Shown: positions 61,101-64,000 of the stretch, piece after piece
How positions within the stretch are numbered: position 1 is the first letter of the stretch
Layout: each line of letters starts with the position of its first letter
Assembly (NCBI GenBank): GCA_905178155.1
Contig: CAJINV010000006.1
Location: 1,303,876 to 1,367,875, forward strand
Reading direction: 5' to 3'
Source of the DNA: Amoebophrya sp. A120
Lineage: Eukaryota; Protista; Dinoflagellata
DNA: 64,000 nt
Position numbers and translations under genes: made by a program
The notes under the pieces: model-generated
What the model saw: the letters and a program-made list of their open reading frames with translations, nothing else
What the model was told of the DNA's origin: nothing
Databases searched by the model: none

Positions 61101-64000
61101 AGACAGACGTGATTTGTGGTCTCAAATCAGCAAGACAAATTTTCGGAGACATACCTTTTCGATATGGGGAGGGGGGATTTTTCCTCTCAATATTCTGGGC
61201 AGGCCCCTACCACGGCAATGGACTACTTGCCGGAGGTGCAGCGTGGTGGACCCAATTATACTGATTATCAAATGCAAAAATGTCTGGGTCTGGAAGCACG
61301 CGAACTTGTGATGCGCATTTCACTGCACAGACAAATCTCTCATGCATAGGCAGCAAAAGGTGCCCATTTCCTGTCACCAAAATGGGGGACTTGTCATGCA
61401 GATTAAGCAATGCGGAAGCTTCTCGAAATATGTGATGCTAGGGCTTCCATGAGAAGCATTTTGCGTCATGCAAAAACAGCATGACAAAAATCTGCATTCT
61501 TCCAGACCCAGACACTTTTGCAATCCATACTGATGGAAGTGCTGCGACGTCGCGACCGACGGTCGCTTCGACCGGGAGCGAGAACATGTCCGTGGGCCTT
61601 CCCGAGCGCGGAACTGGTTCGCAAATGAACCACGACGGCGGCATATGCATTGCAAATATGTCTGGGTCTGGAAGAATCCGAACTGCGCATGCTAAATCTG
61701 AGTCGTGAAAAAATCTGTGTTGCATGAACCGCACAAGTTAATCCATTTCTTGCCACGCAAAAGGCAAACTTCTCAAGCGGAGTCGGGCATTAAGAAGCTC
61801 ATGCAAAATTCCTACCGCTTCGGATCAGCTTCTGGGTGCATTCGTTCCCGTCCATCTTTGTGGTTCGCGAGATGCATGACATCACACCTCGCACTCCTCC
61901 AGATGTTCACCCAGACATGTTGGCATTTGATACGGCATGATGTTACCTCAGAACAACAAAAGCGTGCAGATTGGGTTGAATGGTCGTGCTACTGACAGCA
62001 AGAACTCTACTGCAGGCGATGTTCAGAGCAGAGGAACCAACCAGGCCGCGACCATCCAGCCGGGGCGCTCCAACATTCTGCGGCACTTCTTCTCGGACGG
62101 CAAAAGTAGTATTCCAAGCTCTGCTGGCGCGAAGACCACGTGGCAGGGGAAACTACTAACCAAAGCGGGTACAACTTCGACCACAAACATGAGTGGCGAT
62201 AGTACAAGTCACTTCGCGTCCTCTCTGTTACGAGAACCAACCCGACCGTCTTCAATAAACTCTGGCCCAGGAGGGCAAATCCAATTCGTGAACAACGAGG
62301 AATTTGTCCACCCCGGATCAATATCAAATGTAAAAGTGTCTGGGTCTGGAAGGATGCAAACTTGTGATGCTGTCTTTGGATTCTAAAGAAAAATGTATTG
62401 CATGACCAGCAAGAGGAATCCAGTTTGTACTACGTGGGGAAGACATTTCTCATGCGCAACAGGCATCAGGAAGTCCTCTAAAAATCTGTGATGCTGGACC
62501 ATGCATTACAGGCATCAGGGGTCATGCAAAATATGCATGACAAGCCTCTCACTCTTCCAGACCCAGACATTTTTGCACTCGATAATCAAGAGGCCAGAAG
62601 GTCGAATTTCTCGAGCAGGAGCATATGAATTTTCCGGCGTATCAAATGTAAAAATGTCTGGATCTGGAAGGTTGGAACTTGTGATGCTAACTTTGGACTC
62701 TAAAAAAATCTGTATTGCATGACCAGCAATAGGAGCCCAGTTTGTGCTACGCGGGGAGGCAATTTGTCATGCGGGATAGGCATCAGGAAGGCCTCTAAAA
62801 ATATGTGATGCCAGATCATGCATTACAGACATCCTGAGTCATGTAGAATATGCATGACAAACCTGGCAACCTTCCAGACCCAGACATTTTTGCATTTGAT
62901 ACGGCCCAACAAGAAATAACAAGACAAAACTTTCGCACCAGGCCCCCCACGACCACATACGGAGTAGTTCATCCGCCCACGAACAAGTCTATTATGCACC
63001 ACCGCTGCTCCCTCGCCGCCCTCGTGTACGGCCTGGGGCAGCAGATGCGGCAACAAAATTCCGGTCCCGGGGCCGGCACGGTGGTTGGCGTCGGCGACTA
63101 CTTGGCGCTAGATGCGGAGGAACGGCGGGGCATCTGGTTGCGGTCGCAGACCATGAGCGACGCGGAGCTATCAACTGCAAAAATGTCTGGGTCTGGAAGA
63201 TTCCTACATTTGTCATGCGTGTCTGACATGACTCAAGAAACTGTGATGCATGGACCCGAAGCGGTCCTCTTACCTGTCATGCAAAAACGCAGTTTGCCAT
63301 GCGGAACACGCAACAGATAGGAGCCCAAAAAATTTGTCATGCTCTGCTCCGTATTGCAGTGGAACCCTCATTGTTCACTTTTAGCATTACAAGTTTCCAG
63401 AGGACCCAGACATATTTGCAATGCATAGAAGCGGGCGCAGTACGAAAGTTACGGCGACGGCGGGTTAATCCAAAGGATTAAACCCTTGTTATCGAACCAA
63501 TTGTTAATTCTGTCTCTCCGCGCTCTGTGCCAGTTCCGGGTCCCGCTGTTCATCTCCAACATCGTGCTGGCGACGGTGGCGGGAATGCTGACCGGGATTT
63601 TCACGGGCGGGGGGGAGGAGCTGTTCTACACGCCCTGGCCAACGATGATGATTGGCCCGGTGCTACCCTGTGTAAAAACGTCCCCAACCCAGAGTTGTCA
63701 TGCAAATCTGCATGCTCAAAATGTTTGTCATGCGGAACCCCATGCGAAGCATTTTGTGGCTGTGTTTTGGAATTTGTAATGCGCCATTTTTTTAGCATGA
63801 TATACTAGATCTGTGATGCTGCTGAACTACCTCCAACAGCACTACACTGCCACTCCAAATTTGTCATGCAAAACAACCAAAACTCGTGGACTTCTCTAGC
63901 TGAATCCCCATCTTGACGTATGGGGTGGGGACGTTTTTTCATAGGATAGGTGCTGCTGTTTCAACTGTTAGTTTCCGCCGCCTCGCTGGAAGTCTTTTGC
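52186..64000 (+). CDS. ABCG-family transporter with Cys-rich N-terminal region; 3' end lies beyond the window; at least 24 introners
   Basis: Walker A GASG|AGKT, Q-loop GYVPQD, signature ISGGEKKRVSIG, LFLDEPTSGLD, IHQPR; N-terminal CRAGYYCP plus a TM; TMD begins ~63490. Confidence 0.92.
52350..52655. mobile_element. Introner family E
   Basis: TSD acatg/acatg. Confidence 0.9.
52787..53030. mobile_element. Introner family D
   Basis: TSD aagct/aagct. Confidence 0.9.
53080..53411. mobile_element. Introner family A, degenerate
   Basis: TSD gcccc/gcttg; frame restored. Confidence 0.75.
53570..53725. mobile_element. Introner family B
   Basis: TSD gcgcg/gcgcg. Confidence 0.9.
53789..53949. mobile_element. 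Introner, singleton family (TIR TATca..aaaaag.gttaacgtt)
   Basis: TSD tccgc/tccgc. Confidence 0.9.
54166..54332. mobile_element. Introner family B
   Basis: TSD aacag/aagag. Confidence 0.9.
54413..54668. mobile_element. Introner family A
   Basis: TSD ggcgg/ggcgg. Confidence 0.9.
54736..54958. mobile_element. Introner family G-like
   Basis: TSD gcgga/gcgga. Confidence 0.9.
55346..55606. mobile_element. Introner family J
   Basis: TSD tgtcc/tgtcc. Confidence 0.9.
56173..56541. mobile_element. Introner family A with 100-bp nested insert (56323-56422)
   Basis: TSD gaccg/gaccg; inner 13-bp duplication acgtaagacatgg. Confidence 0.9.
56620..56950. mobile_element. Introner family C splitting the Walker A motif
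   Basis: TSD cgggg/ttggg. Confidence 0.9.
57685..57836. mobile_element. Introner family B, reverse orientation
   Basis: TSD ggagc/ggagc. Confidence 0.9.
57910..58212. mobile_element. Introner family F
   Basis: TSD tcatt/tcatt. Confidence 0.9.
58250..58453. mobile_element. Introner family H
   Basis: TSD cttcg/cttcg. Confidence 0.9.
58795..59085. mobile_element. Introner family I
   Basis: TSD ctact/catct; frame restored. Confidence 0.8.
59836..60091. mobile_element. Introner family D
   Basis: TSD aagac/aagac. Confidence 0.9.
60300..60615. mobile_element. Introner family C
   Basis: TSD tccgc/tccgc. Confidence 0.9.
60872..61192. mobile_element. Introner family C
   Basis: TSD ttctg/ttctg. 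Confidence 0.9.
61266..61529. mobile_element. Introner family A
   Basis: TSD ctgat/ctgat. Confidence 0.9.
61644..61932. mobile_element. Introner family A
   Basis: TSD cggca/cggca. Confidence 0.9.
62322..62584. mobile_element. Introner family A
   Basis: TSD atcaa/atcaa. Confidence 0.9.
62640..62901. mobile_element. Introner family A
   Basis: TSD cggcg/cggcc. Confidence 0.9.
63169..63427. mobile_element. Introner family A
   Basis: TSD ggagc/gaagc. Confidence 0.9.
63664..63948. mobile_element. Introner family F (TAC start)
   Basis: TSD ggtgc/ggtgc. Confidence 0.9.

Noticed and set aside
7416-63808. Many short ORFs with recurring peptides (CKNVWVWK, FQTQTFLHLI, LQKYRT, KIPPPHI, EGELCT)
   Set aside because: These are translations of introner TIRs, not a protein family
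7210-64000. Calling the interrupted genes transposon-disrupted pseudogenes
   Set aside because: Frames and catalytic motifs are intact after uniform removal of the elements

Overview
Eukaryotic genomic DNA, most likely from a parasitic dinoflagellate (Amoebophrya/Syndiniales-like). The assignment rests on a 19-nt match to the dinoflagellate spliced leader at 8480-8498 and on very dense non-canonical introner introns. About 70 short elements (mostly 115-370 bp) from at least 12 terminal-inverted-repeat families interrupt the genes. Nearly all begin TAT, end ATA, sit in a 5-bp target-site duplication (TSD; about two thirds perfect) and share an internal TTTGT(C/G/A)ATGC motif. Removing each element plus 5 bp restores the reading frame. 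This reconstructs a set of + strand genes: a Cys-rich surface protein, an acylated small protein, a DHRS7-like SDR, an SLC22-like MFS transporter, an NHL-repeat protein, a striatin and an ABCG transporter. Several GT-AG introns look like converted introners. Some introners carry nested cargo: a spliced-leader-capped retrocopy, a Helitron2-like element, a palindromic satellite element and small tailed inserts. An intergenic array at 49015-51757 holds three apparently unrelated 0.6-1 kb GC-rich sequences. Its junctions fit serial insertion into one 58-bp site with nested 31/41/58-bp duplications. All splicing models are inferred from DNA alone.
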